Assembly (NCBI RefSeq): GCF_000315625.1
Contig: NW_005434640.1
Span: 559,397-623,396 of the forward strand
From: Guillardia theta CCMP2712
Lineage: Eukaryota > Protista > Cryptophyta
Direction of reading: 5' to 3'
DNA: 64,000 nucleotides
Below are positions 60,701 to 64,000 of this stretch, one piece after another. The stretch's first letter is position 1; every line of letters begins with the position of its first letter. The notes beneath the pieces are model-generated. The model was not told the origin of the DNA. It did no database searches and saw nothing but the letters and a program-made list of their open reading frames with translations. A program made the translations under genes and the position numbers.

Positions 60701-61935
60701 CTCCTCCTCCTCCCTCCTCTCTCGCCATCGCTCCTCCTCCTCCCTCCTCTCTCGCCATCGCCCCTCCTCCTCCCTCCTCTCTCGCCATCGCTCCTCCTCC
60801 TCCCTCCTCTCTCGCCATCGGCCCTCCTACTGCCTCCTCTTCTACCATCGCCCCTCCTCCCTGCTCTAACACCACTGTCTCTTCCTTTCCTGCATCAATC
60901 TTGATGCCATCATCAAGTAGTGTCTCGTCCTCGTCTATTTCTTCTTCTTCGACCATCATGACCATCGCTCCACCCTGGTCTTCCTTCGCGCTTGTCTCTC
61001 CCCCACCTCCTTCCTCCACAGCTGCTGCTTCTTTTCCCTCCTCCTTACCCGTGTCAACCTCTTCCCCTCCCGCCTCCTTCCCGCTTGCAGCACCACCTTC
61101 CTCCTCCCTATCGACTGGCGCCCCACCCCCTCCTCCCTCCTCGACGTTGATACTTGACTCGATGGGTCCTTCCTCGTGTATCTTGACGCTGCCATCCAGT
61201 TTTGGCCCCTCCTCCTCTTCCTCTGCCTCCTTGATACTCAAATCCTCCCCCCCTTCGCTCCCCCTGACATTAAATGATTCGCTCCCTTCCTCTTCGGTTC
61301 TGCTTGCTTCTCCACTTTCCCCCTTCGCTTCTTCCTCAACCCGTCCATCTGCGTCTTCTGTCCCCTCTTCCCCATCCATCGGCTTCTCCTGCACAGCATC
61401 GTGTACCTCCTTGGGCGTCTCCTCTAGGCTTCCTGACCCTGCTTCCTCTTCCTCCTTTATCACGACATCCGCCCTGGGCTCCTCAGTTTCGCTTGACCCC
61501 TCTGGTTCGTTCTTGACGTCTGATTTTCCGTCGGCTTGCTTGCGCTGTGCTTTGTTGCTCGAAGTTTCTTGCTGCTGCTGCTGCTTGCTGCTCCTCTTGC
61601 TTGCTGAGGCCGTTGGCGGTTTCTTCAGGTCATTCAAAGTCTTCTTTGGGTTAGCATTTCGAGATTCCCCCTTCCTTTCCCCTTCCACTTTCTGCGCACC
61701 TGCTTTCTTCATATTCCTCTATCCCCCGCTCTTTCTCTCGTCCCTCCACCCCTTACGCTCCCGGCAAATCATTTTCTTCACCCTCAAAACTGTTGACAAT
61801 GTTGGTCGTCACCTGTCCTCCTTCATCATGCTCAACTGGTCTTGATACATCACTTCCCCTCTGCTCCGATCGCCAACTCATCCATCCCTTCGCTCCCCTC
61901 CATCTCTCCTCCCTTCTCTTCCTCTCCCCTGCCAT
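57781..61935 (-). CDS. INPP5E: Inositol polyphosphate 5-phosphatase, INPP5E-like, with long acidic N-terminus and CaaX (start uncertain)
   Basis: VYVGTWNLGG, DIYAIGAQ, FLFVTAHFAAG, RNEDF, FDRVFWLGDFNYR, ISFNPTYKF, KKRVPSWTDRILF and SDHRPV. The protein ends in CVIL*. Confidence 0.85.
58439..58545 (+). repeat. (CCCCTG)n x~17 intronic hexamer
   Basis: Directly visible. Confidence 0.97.
60676..60825 (-). repeat. 30-bp coding tandem repeat (AMAREEGGGG x~5)
   Basis: Five near-identical ctccctcctctctcgccatcgctcctcctc units. Confidence 0.9.
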
Positions 61936-62738
61936 CGTTGCCCCCGGCCATGCCCTGTATCGGCATGGCAACCGAAACCTTTCAAGTGGGTCCGCCTCAT
62001 GTGTGAAAAAGACTTAGATGGTCAATGAGGGGACGAGGGATAAACTAGTGGGGATGAGGGCTAAACTGAATTACTTAACTGCGACACTTCAAGCATCACT
62101 AATGGCGACACCTGCTACGATGCACCTTTCCAAATCCTCCTCCTCCTCCTCCTCCTCCTCCTCCTCCTCCACCTCCTTCCCCTCTAACTCCTCCTCCTCC
62201 TCCTCTACCACCACCACCACCCCATTCTCCCCTTCCTCTCCTCTCCTCCTCATTCCTCCCTTTCCTCGTCTCACCACACTTCATAGCCCAGCCCAGCCTC
62301 TTTCCTCATCTTGTTTGCTGCATGATTCCTCCTATCCCACCCCGACCCTCCATCTCAATCTACCATAAACTCTCGTCCTCCTCATCTCTCTTGCCTGAAA
62401 CTCCTTTGTCTGCCAGCTGTGCTCCCTCAAATTTCTCCGATTTTCCATAACATTCAAAACCTACAAAGTGTGTCTGTTTACTCCTTGGCCTCGTGATTTC
62501 TTTTGATTACCATATTCTCGATTTCACTCTAATTTTCTTCTGATGTCCTTTGTGCTCCACGGAGCGCTATAACCTTGTCTACATCCTTCCATCGAATCAT
62601 CACGAACTACAATCCTGCTTCAACTTGTGTGCTCAATTTCTGTTTTCTGAATACCATGCAAGGACTTCAAGTCTCGATGTGATTGACCATTTCACTGCAG
62701 GCTCTCCCCCTCTCCTGCTGTTCTTCCTGTCTTTCGCT

Positions 62739-64000
62739 ATGGTAGCCATCGAGAAGGGAGGAGGCGGGGGCTCGCACGGTATTCCTGAAGGACAGTTGCT
62801 AGGAACTCTTGCGCTGGTGAAAGGAAGGTGGAGGTGAAGGAGATCAGCTGACGCATGGAGCAGGTTGGGTTGATCTACTTCACAGCAGCAGGAGGAGCCT
62901 ACGGGAGTGAGAGTGTGATCAACTCGGTAGGGTGTCATACCCCTGCTTCTCGCGTGACTGTCCGCTAGGTTGGTCCCCTCCCTGTAATCATTGGCCATGC
63001 TATCTTCCCGTTCTGCTGGAGTTTGCCGATTGGTAATTCGAGGCTCTGCTTCTCATCCAGTTGACTGCCGGCAGGTCTCGCCACGGTTGAGCTTGCAACG
63101 GCATATCCCACGGATGGGGGAGTTGCCGTGTGGGCGGCACTCGCATTCAATGAGTTCTGGGGCTTCATGGGAGGATATTTCAGCTTGGTCGAAGGGGTGG
63201 TCAACCTCGCTGTGTTCCCGACAGTCACTCTCGATTACATTCTTGTCTTGTTTGACGTGAGCGCAAGCCCATGCGATGATGTTCGAAGTGATGGCTCTGC
63301 AGGCGGAGTTGGATCCTGTCAGTTCCTGGTTCGGGAAGGCGGCCATCTCGTGCCTCGTCGTGCTCTTGAACATGCAAGGCGTGAACTTCGTTGGTCGAAG
63401 CTCCTACCTGGTGATTTTGCGACTTCCTCCTCGTTTAAGTGACTGTCTGCTCTTAGTTAAGCATTCTGATCAACATCCCCCTGATCATCTTGTGTATTCT
63501 GGCAGTGATCAGAGTTAAGGTGACTGATGAGATTCTCGCTGTTGGCAGTCGAGCGTGAGATGTTTGTGCAGGATTACTCTCCATGGATGGACTCTCGTCA
63601 GAATGACTATGATACCAACTGGACCTTCTTCTTGGGGATCTTGGTGTTCAATTTGTCTGGGTTGGAATGTTCCCCTAGATGCTCTTGATTGTACTGAACG
63701 AGACACAGGTACGATAATGTTGGATCTGTGGCTGGGCAAGTTAAGAAACCAGGAGTAACGATGCCAAAAGCGATGATCATTGCGATCATTGTCGGCTCTG
63801 TCTCCTTTCTTGTTCCGCTCATGTTTGGAGCTGTTGTAAGTCAAACGGCTTCACCTCAAGAATTGCCTTCCCCACCTCCCCTTCCCCTTCCACATCTGTT
63901 GATTTGTCTCTCATCAGATCGATCCTGACTACGATGACTGGCGTGCGGGACATTTTGCAGTGGTTGGGAAGATGGTTGGAGGTACAAATTCTCCTCCCCC
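62739..64000 (+). CDS. APC-superfamily amino acid/polyamine transporter (PUT/RMV1-like), 3' end outside window
   Basis: LIYFTAAGGAYGSE, ELATAYPTDGGVAVWAALAF..FWGFMGG, LNMQGVNFVG and DNVGSVAGQVKKPGVTMPKA. Confidence 0.9.

Noticed and set aside
60661-61845. 394-aa Ser/Pro-rich plus-strand ORF
   Set aside because: Antisense shadow of the Glu/Gly-rich N-terminal exon of the 5-phosphatase.
31377-61935. Functional ciliary gene cluster (EFCAB5-like, CCDC61, INPP5E)
   Set aside because: The genes are interspersed with unrelated housekeeping genes, and this density is plausible by chance in a flagellate.

Overview
Gene-dense eukaryotic nuclear DNA with many short (~40-150 nt) spliceosomal introns, abundant simple repeats and three 100-N assembly gaps. 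Bipartite plastid-targeting presequences, ciliary genes and the intron style suggest a flagellate alga with a secondary plastid, most likely a cryptophyte such as Guillardia theta (inference). About 25 genes could be reconstructed by hand across introns. Recognisable ones are CIAO1, NOT3, an ankyrin protein, a plastid-type SET protein, a calmodulin-like protein, an NCS2/NAT permease, a JmjC protein, an EFCAB5-like GAF protein, IMP3, acylphosphatase, a lectin-EGF-GT23 fucosyltransferase, a large STAND NTPase, CCDC61, an SNM1/Apollo nuclease, a TRX-like [2Fe-2S] ferredoxin, INPP5E and an APC polyamine transporter. Main observations: (1) the NAT permease has its substrate-binding and coupling residues systematically replaced and appears to end in a zinc ribbon, making it a candidate transceptor; (2) a recurring two-class intergenic grammar, with TACCCC/GGGGTA islands at divergent promoters and CCGG/TGACTCA islands, one of which grades into a modular GTGTGA satellite with a 128-bp higher-order repeat; (3) a STAND NTPase carrying C2, IQ and EF-hand modules; (4) a broken gene fragment enclosed by inverted repeats; (5) a 91-aa gene missed by the ORF track because its first coding exon is only ATG. 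Exon boundaries and gene ends are manual estimates, and no database searches were run.
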